From positions 768,001 through 832,000 of the forward strand of contig CAVUWA010000002.1 in the NCBI GenBank assembly GCA_963744995.1: DNA of 64,000 bases. The letters are read 5' to 3'. The position numbers and the translations under genes were made by a program. This DNA comes from Candidatus Eiseniibacteriota bacterium. GTDB taxonomy: Bacteria > Eisenbacteria > RBG-16-71-46. The stretch's first letter is position 1. Each line of letters starts with the position of its first letter. Positions 26,839 through 36,788 of the stretch are shown piece after piece. The notes under the pieces were generated by a model. It was not told the origin of the DNA. It did no database searches and worked only from the letters and a program-made list of their open reading frames with translations.

Positions 26839-27521
26839 GGGACATCTCCCCTTCGGCCCGCTCGCTCGGCTTCTGGTCCGCGGTGCTCGCCACGGTCCTC
26901 AGCCTCACCTACGTGGTGGGACAGCTCGCGGAATGGATGGGCTGGCTGGGGTCCGCGGGCGGGCCCGAGAGCGCCAGCACGCCGCTCGGCATCGTGGTGC
27001 TGCTCACGCCTTCGCTGCTGCTCGGTTCGGCGTTCCTGGTGCTCATGGTCTGCGTTCACGAGCTCGCATCGCCCGCCCGCCGGGTCTGGAGCCGGGCCGC
27101 CGTGGGGTTCGCGATCGCCTATGCCGTGCTGGTCAGCATGAACTACTACGTGCAGCTCACGTTCGTCGCGCCGCACATGATCGCCGGCCGGACGCAGGGG
27201 ATCGAGCCGTTTCTGTTCACGCCGTTCGACTCGTTCATGTACTCCGCGGACATCCTCGGATACAGCTTCATGAGCGTGGCTACGCTCTTCGCCGCGCGCG
27301 TGTTCCCGGGTGACGGTCTGCAGCGCGTGGTGCGCCTGTTCCTGACGGCCAACGGCCTGCTGCTGCCGTTCCTCCTGTTGCAGATCAACTTCCACGGGTT
27401 GATCTGGATCGCATCGCTGTGGGCGATCACGTTCCCGGGCGCGACATGGGCGCTGGCGATCCTGTTCCGGCGCGCGGGAACGGTCGTGGCCGGAACGAAG
27501 GCGTCCGATGGCGCCGCCTGA
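26835..27521 (+). CDS. Hypothetical polytopic membrane protein (about 6 TM)
   Basis: ATG 26835 after GGAG; series of hydrophobic helices (LGFWSAVLATVLSL...). Confidence 0.8.
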   Translation: MRDISPSARSLGFWSAVLATVLSLTYVVGQLAEWMGWLGSAGGPESASTPLGIVVLLTPSLLLGSAFLVLMVCVHELASPARRVWSRAAVGFAIAYAVLVSMNYYVQLTFVAPHMIAGRTQGIEPFLFTPFDSFMYSADILGYSFMSVATLFAARVFPGDGLQRVVRLFLTANGLLLPFLLLQINFHGLIWIASLWAITFPGATWALAILFRRAGTVVAGTKASDGAA

Positions 27522-27951
27522 CCGTTTCGACCTCGACCGCTTCGTGAAGGCGCAGGAAGGGGTCTACGCCGAGGCGCTTCACGAGATCCGGCAGGGCCGC
27601 AAACGGTCGCACTGGATGTGGTTCGTGTTTCCGCAGATCGAAGGGCTCGGGATGAGCGCCACCTCCAGGCGCTACGCGATCCATGATCTGGAGGAGGCCA
27701 CCGAGTACCTCGCGCATCCGTTGCTCGGGCCGCGTCTCGGGGCGTGCGCCGAGGCGGCGCTGGCCGTGGAGGGGCGTTCGGCCCGCGAGATCTTCGGCAT
27801 GCCGGACGACATGAAGCTGCGCTCGTGTGCGACCCTGTTCGCGCAGGTCACCGAGCCGGACTCCGTGTTCCATCGCCTGCTCGATCGGTTCTTCGCGGGT
27901 GAACCCGATCCCCGGACACTGGAGCTGCTCGGCATCGGGAGGAAACCATGA
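27508..27951 (+). CDS. DUF1810 family protein
   Basis: FDLDRFVKAQ, GRKRSHWMWFVFPQI.GLG.S, YLAHPLLGPRL, IFG.PDD.KLRSCATLF. Confidence 0.92.
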   Translation: MAPPDRFDLDRFVKAQEGVYAEALHEIRQGRKRSHWMWFVFPQIEGLGMSATSRRYAIHDLEEATEYLAHPLLGPRLGACAEAALAVEGRSAREIFGMPDDMKLRSCATLFAQVTEPDSVFHRLLDRFFAGEPDPRTLELLGIGRKP

Positions 27952-28012
27952 CGGACACGAATGCGGTGCAGGGGAGCGGGCGACTCCGGGCCCCGGGTCT
28001 CGGGCTGCGCCG

Positions 28013-28444
28013 ATGAAGACGCTCTCGCTCGTCGGGGCCATTCTGATGGTCGTGGGCCTCGTGACGCTGTGGATACGCCGCGAGCTGATCTCGGGGGCGC
28101 CCACCGTGATCGCGCTGCAGATCGCGGCGGCGGCGCTGATGCTCTGGGCGCGCGTCACGTTCGGGATGCGCAGTTTCCACGCGGCGGCGGATCCGACGGA
28201 AGGGGGGCTCGTCCGCTCCGGGCCGTACCGCTACGTCCGTCACCCGATCTATACGTCGGTGTGCCTGTTCACGTGGGCCGGCGTCGCAGCCCATGCATCA
28301 CCGGTTTCGATCGCGCTCGGCATGGTGACGACGGCCGGCGCGGTGATGCGCATGCTCGTCGAGGAGCGGCTGCTGATCGGGCGCTACCCGGAATACGTGG
28401 CGTACGCGCGGGACACGAAGCGCATGATCCCGTTCGTCTACTAG
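28013..28444 (+). CDS. ICMT/PEMT-family membrane methyltransferase
   Basis: GLVRSGPYRYVRHPIYT, EERLL...YPEY..Y...TKRMIPF. Confidence 0.88.
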   Translation: MKTLSLVGAILMVVGLVTLWIRRELISGAPTVIALQIAAAALMLWARVTFGMRSFHAAADPTEGGLVRSGPYRYVRHPIYTSVCLFTWAGVAAHASPVSIALGMVTTAGAVMRMLVEERLLIGRYPEYVAYARDTKRMIPFVY

Positions 28445-28612
28445 GCGGCACCGGGCGCATCCGTCCGTGGAACCGGTCGTCGCGTCGCGTGTGCGGCCGC
28501 GGCGCCGCGGGTCACAGGATCCGAAGGCGAGCGTAGAAGCGACGATGATGCCATTCTCACCGGGGCATGACCCGCCGGCGTCGCCCCGCCCCGACCGCCC
28601 GGAACCACGGAC

Positions 28613-30028
28613 ATGAGCCTGACCGCGCTGCTGTGGCCGATCCTCCTTTTGTACGGCGCCCTCATGCTGCGTATCGCTCCGCTCGCGCACACGGCGGAGA
28701 CGTTCTTCCGCGGGCGTTCGCGCGAGGGGCGCGAGGTCGGCACCGGCATGCTGATCGCCACGGTGGTGATCTCGTGGATCTTCGCGAAGTCGATCACCAA
28801 CGCCGCCGACCTCGGTGCCGCGCACGGTCTGGTCGGGGCCGTCGCCTACGCCGGCTGGTATCTGTCGATTCCCGTGGCCGGTGTCGTGATCTACCTGATC
28901 CGCACCCGTCTGGGCGCGGCGAGCCTTTCCGGATTCCTGATCTCGCGCTACGGCCGTGCGGCGGCCGGCGCGTTCCTGTTCGCGATCATGATCCGCCTGA
29001 TGAACGAGGTCTGGTCGAACACGGCGGTGGTCGGCTCCTACTTCGGCGCGACCGGTTCGGCTTCCTACTTCGCCGGGGCGCTGGCGTTCACGGCGATCAC
29101 GCTCGCCTACGGCCTGCGCGGCGGGCTGCGTGGTTCGATCGTTACCGACCTGCTGCAGTTCGGGCTCGGCGTCTTCCTGCTGGTGTTCGTGCTCGCGCTG
29201 CTGGTACCGCGCGCCGGGGCCGCGCCGCTCCTCACCTCGGGCTCGTGGACACTCGCGGGTGGCGTGGATCTGCTGATCGTCGCGCTGTTGCAGTCGTTCA
29301 GCTATCCGTTCCACGATCCGGTGCTGACCGACCGCGCGTTCATCACCAGGCCCGGCCCGATGCTGCGCGGCTATCTCGCGGCCGGGGTCGTGGCCGCCGG
29401 GTTCATCGCGTTGTTCGGGCTCACCGGCGTCTACGCCCGGATCACCGGCATCGAGGCGGGGCAGGACGTCCCGCTGCGCGTGTCGCACGCGTTCGGCATC
29501 GCGATGACCACCGTGATGACCGTGCTGATGATGGTCTCCGCCGGCTCGACGCTCGACTCCACCTTCAGCTCGGTCGCGCGCGCGTGGGTGTACGACGTCG
29601 GGCGCGGACGCGGCACGGCGGCGCCGGCGGACGCGGGCGCGCCGATCCGCGCCGGCCGCCGGGCGATGGTCGCGGCCGCCCTGATCGGTTCCGTGCCGCT
29701 GTTCATGGGGGCCAGGATCATCCAGGCCACCACCGTGAGCGGCACGATGGTGCTCGGTCTCGCGCCGCCGTTCCTGCTGTTCGGCTGGCGCCGCGCGCGC
29801 TCACTCGCGTTTCACCTGGGCTTCTGGCCGGGGGTGGCCGTGGGGCTCCTGCACGTGCTCGGCCGCCTGCCGGCATCGTGGGCGATCGGCGACGGGCGCT
29901 ACGCCATGCTGCTCGGCGCCAACGTCGCGGGCACCGCGCTCTGTTTCAGCGGCTTCGCGCTCGGCGCGTTCCTGCAGCGGAGCGCGCGCACCGGTGACGG
30001 AGGATCCGGAAGGGGCGGATTTCGGTAG
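28613..30028 (+). CDS. Sodium:solute symporter family protein
   Basis: About 13 TM; SWIFAKSITNAA, YGLRGGLRGSIVTD, SAGSTLDS. Confidence 0.88.
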   Translation: MSLTALLWPILLLYGALMLRIAPLAHTAETFFRGRSREGREVGTGMLIATVVISWIFAKSITNAADLGAAHGLVGAVAYAGWYLSIPVAGVVIYLIRTRLGAASLSGFLISRYGRAAAGAFLFAIMIRLMNEVWSNTAVVGSYFGATGSASYFAGALAFTAITLAYGLRGGLRGSIVTDLLQFGLGVFLLVFVLALLVPRAGAAPLLTSGSWTLAGGVDLLIVALLQSFSYPFHDPVLTDRAFITRPGPMLRGYLAAGVVAAGFIALFGLTGVYARITGIEAGQDVPLRVSHAFGIAMTTVMTVLMMVSAGSTLDSTFSSVARAWVYDVGRGRGTAAPADAGAPIRAGRRAMVAAALIGSVPLFMGARIIQATTVSGTMVLGLAPPFLLFGWRRARSLAFHLGFWPGVAVGLLHVLGRLPASWAIGDGRYAMLLGANVAGTALCFSGFALGAFLQRSARTGDGGSGRGGFR

Positions 30029-30057
30029 ACTGTGCCCGGACCATGGAGGACATCGCG

Positions 30058-30273
30058 ATGCCCGTCGTGCGAATCGAGCATGCCGTCCCGCAGGCCTGCA
30101 CGTGCACGCTGTCCGCGGAGCGCGGCGCGGTCACCGCCGTACGGGTGATGGAGGCCGCACCCGGCGCCGGGCGCCGCCGGGCGATCGAGGCGTGGCGCGC
30201 CGCGATCCGGGCCGCGTTCCATCGGCATCGCCCGGCCGTCGCGGTCCTGCCGGCCGGGGCGGGAATCGAGTGA
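30058..30273 (+). pseudogene. Possible remnant or small ORF beginning MPVVRIEHAVP
   Basis: Strong GGAGG before ATG 30058, protein-like start followed by low-complexity Ala/Arg sequence. Confidence 0.3.
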
Positions 30274-30893
30274 CGCCTGCGTTCCATCCCGCCGGCGCCC
30301 CGGTTCCGGTCGGGATGCGAACGGAGCGCCTCCGGCTGCGGCCGCTGCGGGCCGCGGACGCCGAACGGGACTACGCGGCCGTCATGGCCAGTGCAGAGCA
30401 GCTGCGCCGCTGGAGTCAGAGTGAATGGCCCGCCGCCGGTTTCTCGCTCGAGGAGAATCGCAGCGATCTCGAGCGACACGAGCGGGAGCACGCCGCGCGG
30501 ACGGCGTTCACGTTCACGGTTCTCGATCCGGCCGGCACGACATGTCTCGGTTGCGTGTACATCGAAGCGGCGGGGCCGGAACTCGCTCCGCTGTTCGAGG
30601 ACGCCGCCCACGCGGCGGTGGTGGGATTCTGGGTCCGCACCTCCGAGATCCGGGGGGATCTCGATCGAGATCTGCTTGCGGCCCTGCGTCCATGGCTGTC
30701 CAGGGAGTGGAGGTTCGACCGCGTGGCCTGGGTGATCGTCCGTGCCGAGACGCGCCAGGCCGCCCTGCTCAAGGAGGCGGGGATGACCGAGCGCGCCGCG
30801 TTCAGGCGCGCGGAGGGCCGCGAGTGCCGGGTGTTCATGGAAGGCGGTGCGAAGCCGCGGCGTGACGTTTCCGGGAGGGGTTCCCCATCATGA
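30270..30893 (+). CDS. GNAT (RimJ/RimL-like) N-acetyltransferase
   Basis: TERLRLRPL...DAERDYAAVMAS, ENRSDLERHEREH, FTFTVLDP...CLGCVYI. Confidence 0.8.
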   Translation: MTPAFHPAGAPVPVGMRTERLRLRPLRAADAERDYAAVMASAEQLRRWSQSEWPAAGFSLEENRSDLERHEREHAARTAFTFTVLDPAGTTCLGCVYIEAAGPELAPLFEDAAHAAVVGFWVRTSEIRGDLDRDLLAALRPWLSREWRFDRVAWVIVRAETRQAALLKEAGMTERAAFRRAEGRECRVFMEGGAKPRRDVSGRGSPS

Positions 30894-31198
30894 GCGAGAT
30901 GGCGGCGATCGTCATCCACAGGGAGCGGCAGCTGGTCGCGCAGTTCCGGCGGGCGAACGCCACTTCCATGAGCCGCGCAACGACGCTCGACGCGCTCGGG
31001 ATCGCCGACCGCCTGGCGTTCCGGCGACTGCGCCGCCACGCGGTCATCCGCGAAGCCTCGCCCGGCACCTTCTACCTGGATGAGCCGAGCTGGGACGCGC
31101 TCGTCCAGGGGCGCCGCCGTCTGCTGCTGATCCTGCTGGTGGCGGGTCTGGCGCTCGGCGGCGCACTGGTGGCCGGCCGCATGGCGTGGCCCTCGTAG
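30890..31198 (+). CDS. Small hypothetical protein with C-terminal TM helix
   Basis: ATGA overlap; helical N-domain then FYLDE..W and LLLILLVAGLALGGALVA. Confidence 0.75.
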   Translation: MSEMAAIVIHRERQLVAQFRRANATSMSRATTLDALGIADRLAFRRLRRHAVIREASPGTFYLDEPSWDALVQGRRRLLLILLVAGLALGGALVAGRMAWPS

Positions 31199-31258
31199 CG
31201 GGGCGGCGGGTTCGCGCCCGCGCCTGCGGCGCTACCGGTCCGCACGGCGGGCTCGGAT

Positions 31259-32614
31259 TCAGCCCTGCGGCGCCCTGCGTTCGGCGCTTCCCACCGGCGC
31301 GGCGCGCCGCTCCGCCTGGCGCGCACGCACCGCGCCGCGCTCGAGGTCCACGCGCCCGAGCAGCCACGCACCGCCGATGAAGAACGGCAGCAGCGTGAGC
31401 ACCGCAAAGCGGCCGGCGCCCGAGAGCTGGGCGACCAGCCCGAACAGTAACGGACCGAGGACGCCGGCGAGTTTCTCGCTCACCGAATAGAACCCGAACA
31501 GTTCGCCCAGCTGGCCGCGCGGGACGAGCGCGGCGAACATCGAGCGCGACAGCGACTGCGTACCGCCCTGCACCAGCGCGACGAGCGTCGCAATGGCCCA
31601 GAACTGCCAGGCACTGCGCATGAAGAAGCCGAGGATCGTCACCACCACGTAGCCCGCGAGGCCGAGCGCGACGGCGCGCTGCGGCCCGAGCGGGCCGGCC
31701 AGGCGGCCGAACGCGAGGCTCGCGGGCGCCGCGACGATCTGCACGAGCAGCAGCGCCCCGATCAGGTGGCTGCGGCCGATGCCGATCTCGCTGCCGTAGA
31801 CCGTCGCCATCTTGATGACGGTGCCGATGCCGTCGCTGTAGAGCCAGAACGCGATCAGGAACGTGATCAGCTCGGGCTGGGTGCGGATCCGGCGCAGCGT
31901 CCGCAGGATGCGCGCGAATGCGGCGCCGGCCGCTTCGCCGACGCCGAGCCCGGCTCTCTGCGGGCGCGGCTCGGGCACGGTGCGGAACAACGGAATCGAG
32001 AACCCGGCCCACCAGGCGGCGACGCTGGCGAACGACAGGCGGATCGCGTCGCCGGCCGAGTGCAGGCCGAAGCGCTGCGGCATGAGGATCCACGCCAGGT
32101 TGAGCGCGAGCAGAAGGCCGCCCCCCGCGTAGCCCCAGGCGAAGCCCTTCGCCGACACGGCGTGCAGCTCCTCCTTCTTCGCCACGCCCGGCAGCAGCGA
32201 GTCGTAGAGCGCGTTGCCGGTCGCGAACGCCACGAACGCGAGGCCGAACACGAGCAGCAGCGGCAGCCAGCCCGCGCCCGGCATGAGGGCGAGCAGCAGC
32301 GTGCCGCCCGCGCCGATCGCGACGCAGATCCCGAGCATGCCCTTTCTGCGGCCGAGCTGATCGCCGATCGCGCCGGCGACCGGCCCGGCCAGCGCGGCGA
32401 GCAGCAGGGCGAGGGCGCTGCCGTACGCCCATGCCGCGGTCGCCATGTTCGGCGGCATGCTGCGCGTGGCGATCTCGGCGAAGAACGGCGGCAGGATCGC
32501 GGCGACGACGCTGGTGGCGAAGGCGGAATTTGCAACGTCGTAAAGGCACCAGGCGCGAATCGCGCGCCGGCGCCGGGCCGGATCCTCGTAGGGAAGGGAC
32601 GCTTGGCCGCTCAT
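31259..32614 (-). CDS. MFS transporter, UMF1/Atg22-like
   Basis: AWCLYDVANSAFAT, YDSLLP, SAKGFAWGYAGG, YSDGIGT, GGTQSLSRS, FGFYS. Confidence 0.92.
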   Translation of the reverse strand: MSGQASLPYEDPARRRRAIRAWCLYDVANSAFATSVVAAILPPFFAEIATRSMPPNMATAAWAYGSALALLLAALAGPVAGAIGDQLGRRKGMLGICVAIGAGGTLLLALMPGAGWLPLLLVFGLAFVAFATGNALYDSLLPGVAKKEELHAVSAKGFAWGYAGGGLLLALNLAWILMPQRFGLHSAGDAIRLSFASVAAWWAGFSIPLFRTVPEPRPQRAGLGVGEAAGAAFARILRTLRRIRTQPELITFLIAFWLYSDGIGTVIKMATVYGSEIGIGRSHLIGALLLVQIVAAPASLAFGRLAGPLGPQRAVALGLAGYVVVTILGFFMRSAWQFWAIATLVALVQGGTQSLSRSMFAALVPRGQLGELFGFYSVSEKLAGVLGPLLFGLVAQLSGAGRFAVLTLLPFFIGGAWLLGRVDLERGAVRARQAERRAAPVGSAERRAPQG

Positions 32615-32659
32615 GGGCGGGAAGTTGTACCAGACCGCCGGTGCTATATTCGAACCGGC

Positions 32660-33709
32660 ATGGAATCCGACCCTCAGGTCATCGTCATCGGCGCCGGGAT
32701 CGCCGGTCTCACCTGCGCGCGTGAGCTCACCCGCCGCCATATCCGCACGGTGGTGCTCGAGCGCTCGCGCGGGGTCGGCGGACGCTGCGCCACCCGGCGG
32801 ATCGTCGATGAACAGCCGGTGGACCATGGCGCGCCGTTCCTGCATGGAATGAGCGCCGTCTTCTTCGCCGCCCTCGCCGCCCTGGAGGCACCGGACCGCA
32901 TCGAGAACTGGCCGGTACGGGTGCGCGGCCCGCGCCTCGCGTGTCAGCCGGACGCATTCCAGCAGGGCCGTTATCGCGTTGCGCACCGGGAGGGCGTCAA
33001 CGCGTTCCCGAAGATCCTCGCGCGCGGTCTCGACGTCCGTCGCGAGCACGACGTCGAACGGATCGCCGACGAGGGAGACCATCTGCGCGTTGTCGTGAAG
33101 GGCCACGATGCGCTGCGCGCGCCGGTGGTGGTGGTAGCGACCCACGCGCCGGCCGCGTGGTCGCTGGTCTCTTCCTGCGCCGACCGCTGGCCCGGCGCGC
33201 CGGCGGCCCTCGATGCCATGGCGAAGGTGGACGTGATCCCGGCGCTGTGCGTGATCGCCGCCTACCCCCGCACCCTCGAGGCTCCGGCGTTCGACATCTG
33301 GTATCCGGCCGAGTCGCCGCTGCTGCACACGATCTCGCACGACTCGGCCAAGCGTCCGGACGCGAAGCACCACGTGCTGGTGCTGCATGCGCGCCCGGGC
33401 TTCTCGGCGGAGTGGCTCGACGCACCGACCGAACCGTGGACGGAGGAGCTGCTGCGGGAGACCGCGGACCTGCTCGGCACGTGGGCGGCGCAGCCGGTCT
33501 GGCACGCGGCGCATCGCTGGCGCGCGGCGCGGGTGCGCCGTTCCGACACGCAGGGCCGGGCGCCATGGTTCGAGTCGCCGCGCGGCGCGAAGATCGGCGT
33601 GATCGGTGATGCATGGTCGCATCGCGGCGGGCTCGAGGGAGCCTTCGAGTCCGGCGATGCGATGGCCGAGCACCTCGCCGGATTGCCGGACCTCGTGCGT
33701 GGGCGCTGA
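32660..33709 (+). CDS. Renalase-like FAD/NAD(P)-dependent oxidoreductase
   Basis: IGAGIAGL, ERSRGVGGRCATRR, DHGAPF, HRW, GDAW...LEGAFESG. Confidence 0.9.
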   Translation: MESDPQVIVIGAGIAGLTCARELTRRHIRTVVLERSRGVGGRCATRRIVDEQPVDHGAPFLHGMSAVFFAALAALEAPDRIENWPVRVRGPRLACQPDAFQQGRYRVAHREGVNAFPKILARGLDVRREHDVERIADEGDHLRVVVKGHDALRAPVVVVATHAPAAWSLVSSCADRWPGAPAALDAMAKVDVIPALCVIAAYPRTLEAPAFDIWYPAESPLLHTISHDSAKRPDAKHHVLVLHARPGFSAEWLDAPTEPWTEELLRETADLLGTWAAQPVWHAAHRWRAARVRRSDTQGRAPWFESPRGAKIGVIGDAWSHRGGLEGAFESGDAMAEHLAGLPDLVRGR

Positions 33710-33785
33710 GCGCGTGCGCATGCCGGTCCCGGCGCCGCGCGGCGGGCGACCGCTTGTGGCGCCCCCGGCCCTCCGCCGGAGCGCC

Positions 33786-34676
33786 ATGGCGCGCCGGGCG
33801 CTGCTCGCCCTGTGCCTCGCCGCCATGCTCCCGGCGCGCGCGGCCTCGGCCGAACGGCTCACCGTCTTCGCCGCATCGTCCATGCAGGAGACCATGCGCG
33901 ACATCGGCCGCGCCTTTCGGGCGCGGCATCCGGGCGTCGAGTTCGACTACAGCTTCGCCGGCACCTCGACGTTGCGCACGCAGATCGAGCACGGCGCCCC
34001 GGCCGACGTGTTCGTTTCCGCCGACACGCTGCACGCGGCGGCGCTCCATCGCGCCGGCCTGAGCGGAGCGCCGCAGCGCTTCGCGACCAACCGGCTCGTG
34101 CTGATCACGCGCAGGGGCTGGATCGTTCCGCCGGCGTCGCTCGATCAGGCCGCGAGCCTCAGGAGCGGATTCGGTGGGGCGCCCGGAGGCGGTGGCGATG
34201 CTCCCGCCGGCGCCGCCGGTACCGTGGCGGATCCCTCGGCGCTCGGCCGGGTCCGCCATGTGCTGAAGAGTCTCACCCGTCCGGGCGCGCGCATCGTCGT
34301 CGCCGATTCCACCGTTCCGGCAGGGCGCTACACGGCGCGCGCGCTCGGGCGCATGGCACAGGATCCGCTGCTCGGCGAGGCGTTCCGCCACGCCGTGAAC
34401 GCGCACGTCGCGAGCCGCGAGACCAGCGTGCGCGCCGTGCTGGCGAAGGTGATGCTCGGCGAGGCCGACGGCGGCTTCGTCTACGCGACGGACGCGCTCG
34501 CCGCGTCGTCGCCGATCGGGGTGACGCCGCTGCCGCCCGCGTACGCCGTGGAAGCCGAATACGCGGCCGCCGTGGTCAGGGGATCGAAGCAGGCGGAGCG
34601 GGCGGCCGCGTTCGTCGCGTTTCTCCAGGGCGACTTCGCGCGCAGCATCCTCAGGCGTCACGGATTCGGCTGGTGA
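33786..34676 (+). CDS. modA: Molybdate ABC transporter substrate-binding protein
   Basis: Signal peptide, TVFAASSM, SFAGTSTLRTQIEHGAPADVFVSA, FATNRLV, VPAGRY, GEADGGFVYATD. Confidence 0.92.
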   Translation: MARRALLALCLAAMLPARAASAERLTVFAASSMQETMRDIGRAFRARHPGVEFDYSFAGTSTLRTQIEHGAPADVFVSADTLHAAALHRAGLSGAPQRFATNRLVLITRRGWIVPPASLDQAASLRSGFGGAPGGGGDAPAGAAGTVADPSALGRVRHVLKSLTRPGARIVVADSTVPAGRYTARALGRMAQDPLLGEAFRHAVNAHVASRETSVRAVLAKVMLGEADGGFVYATDALAASSPIGVTPLPPAYAVEAEYAAAVVRGSKQAERAAAFVAFLQGDFARSILRRHGFGW

Positions 34677-34794
34677 GCGCGCGGCCCGCCACCGCAGCGG
34701 CGATCTTCCGCCGCCGCCGCCGTGCCGCGGGCGGCCGCCGCGCCGTGCCTGCGCGCCGCATGGCCTGCGCCGTCCCCGCCCGGCGCCCCGGCGC

Positions 34795-35616
34795 ATGAGC
34801 ACCGCGGTCCGCCGCGGCCCGGGGCCGCCGCCGCGCACGGACGGCGCGCTGGTCTTCGCGATCGGCGCACTGCTGCTGGTGCTGTTCCTCGGCGTGCCGA
34901 TGCTGGCGCTGCTGTTCGACGTGCGTCCGGCCGCCTGGCTGCACGCGCTGGGCTCGACGCAGGCGCGGCACGCGCTGGGCCTGACGCTCCTCACCACCGC
35001 AATCGCCACGACCGTGGTGGTCGCGCTCGGCTTGCCGCTCGCCTACCTGCTGGCCCGGTTCGAGTTCCGCGGCAAGGCGGCGGTGGACGCGCTGGTGGAC
35101 CTGCCGGTGACGATTCCGCCCGTCGTCGTGGGCCTCGCGCTGCTGCTCGCCTTCGGCCGCCAGGGCCTCATCGGCCGTTCGCTGGGCGCGTTCGGCATCC
35201 AGATCGCCTTCAGCACGACGGCGGTCGTGATGGCGCAGGTGGCGATGGCGGCGCCGTTCTTCGTGCGCGCCGCGCGCGCCGGTTTCGAGGCGGTGGACGA
35301 GCGGCTCGAGCACGCCGCCTGGAGCCTCGGGGCCTCGCGGCTGCACGCGTTCTGGACGGTGATGGTCCCGCTCGCGCGGCCTGCGCTGCTCGCGGGCGCG
35401 GTGATGGCGTGGGCGCGGGCGCTGTCGGAGTTCGGCGCGACGATGATGTTCGCCGGCAACATGCCGGGCCGCACCCAGACCCTCTCGCTCGCGGTGATGA
35501 GCGCGATGGAGACCGACCTCGACACCGCGGTGGCGGTGGCGGCGCTGTCGCTCGCGCTCGGCGTCGTCGCTCTGGTCGCGATGCGCATGCTCGCGCGACG
35601 CGTGGCGGCCGCATGA
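34795..35616 (+). CDS. modB: Molybdate ABC transporter permease
   Basis: DLPVTIPPVVVG, EAA loop (LEHAAWSLGAS), WARALSEFGAT..FAGN.PGRTQTL. Confidence 0.93.
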   Translation: MSTAVRRGPGPPPRTDGALVFAIGALLLVLFLGVPMLALLFDVRPAAWLHALGSTQARHALGLTLLTTAIATTVVVALGLPLAYLLARFEFRGKAAVDALVDLPVTIPPVVVGLALLLAFGRQGLIGRSLGAFGIQIAFSTTAVVMAQVAMAAPFFVRAARAGFEAVDERLEHAAWSLGASRLHAFWTVMVPLARPALLAGAVMAWARALSEFGATMMFAGNMPGRTQTLSLAVMSAMETDLDTAVAVAALSLALGVVALVAMRMLARRVAAA

Positions 35617-36773
35617 GCGGGCGCACGGCGGCGAACCCTGCGATGCGCGCTGGCGCAGACGCTGCGGCCGCGCGTGCGGGCCGCGCCGCCGCGGTCCCTG
35701 GCAGAGCGCACGAGGGTCTTTCCTTCGAGGCCGCGCTCGATCTCGGCACGTTCCGCCTGGATGCGGCATTCGACGTCGCCCACGGCGAGCGCCTCGCCCT
35801 CGTCGGCCCGAGCGGCGCCGGCAAGAGCACGTGCCTCGGCGTGATCGCGGGCTTCGTGCGTGCCGACCGCGCGCGGGTGACGCTCGACCGCGAGGTGCTG
35901 GCCGACACGGCGGCCGGCGTGGATCGCAATCCGGCCGACCGCCGGGTGGGCGTGCTGTTCCAGGACGATGCGCTGTTCCCGCACCTCGCGGTGCGCGACA
36001 ACATCGCCTACGGTCCGGCGGCGCGCGGCGCGGGGCGGGCGGAAGCGAGGGCCGAGGCCGGAGCATGGCTCGAACGGCTCGGGCTCGCGGACCTGGCCGC
36101 ACGGCGGCCGGCCGGGCTCTCGGGCGGGCAGCGCCAGCGCGTCGCGCTGGCCCGGGCACTCGCAGCCGGCGCGCGCGCGCTGCTGCTCGACGAGCCGTTC
36201 GCCGCACTGGACCTGATGACCCGTGCGGGAGTGCGCGCGGAGCTGCGGCGTTTCCTCGAAGCGGTCACGCTGCCGACCGTGTTCGTCACGCACGACCCGC
36301 TCGACGCGCGCGTGTTCGGCGACCGCATTGCGGTCATGGACGCCGGGCGCGTCGTGCAGACCGGCACCTGGGAGGACATCGCCCACGCGCCGCGCAGCGC
36401 GCTGGCGGCCGAACTGGCGGGCCTCAACCTCTATCGCGCCGCGCTCGAACCGGGCACGGGGCTGCGTACCGCGCGCGCCGGCGGGCGCGAGTTCCACGTG
36501 CTCGATGAGGGCGCGGCAGGCGAGGCCTGGCTGGCGTTCGCGCCGGGGGAGGTGACGTTGTCGGCGGCGCGGCCTTCGGGGTCCGCGCAGAACGTGTTCC
36601 AGGGCCGCGTGGCCGAGATCGTGCCGGCCGGTGACCGCCTGCGCGTGCGGATCGACGCCGGGGTGCCGATCATGGCGGAGATCACCGAAGCCGCGCGCGC
36701 GGCGCTCGCGATCGCGCCCGGGCGCGAGGTCTGGGCGGCGGTGAAGGCGACGGGGGTGCGGGTCTACCGCTGA
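35613..36773 (+). CDS. modC: Molybdate ABC transporter ATP-binding protein with TOBE domain
   Basis: GPSGAGKST, LSGGQRQRVALARA, LLLDEPF, VTHD; C-terminal SAQNVFQG...WAAVKATGV. Confidence 0.93.
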   Translation: MSGRTAANPAMRAGADAAAARAGRAAAVPGRAHEGLSFEAALDLGTFRLDAAFDVAHGERLALVGPSGAGKSTCLGVIAGFVRADRARVTLDREVLADTAAGVDRNPADRRVGVLFQDDALFPHLAVRDNIAYGPAARGAGRAEARAEAGAWLERLGLADLAARRPAGLSGGQRQRVALARALAAGARALLLDEPFAALDLMTRAGVRAELRRFLEAVTLPTVFVTHDPLDARVFGDRIAVMDAGRVVQTGTWEDIAHAPRSALAAELAGLNLYRAALEPGTGLRTARAGGREFHVLDEGAAGEAWLAFAPGEVTLSAARPSGSAQNVFQGRVAEIVPAGDRLRVRIDAGVPIMAEITEAARAALAIAPGREVWAAVKATGVRVYR

Positions 36774-36788
36774 GCCCCGCGGCGTGGC

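Noticed and set aside
27948..28016. 22-codon ORF bridging DUF1810 and the ICMT-like gene
   Set aside because: Too short and featureless to support, although it overlaps both neighbours.
28445..28612. TPP or other riboswitch upstream of the symporter
   Set aside because: No CTGAGA or ACCTGAT core found.
32615..33904. 881-aa version of the MFS ORF
   Set aside because: The extension is antisense to the renalase-like gene and modA; the MFS begins at 32614.
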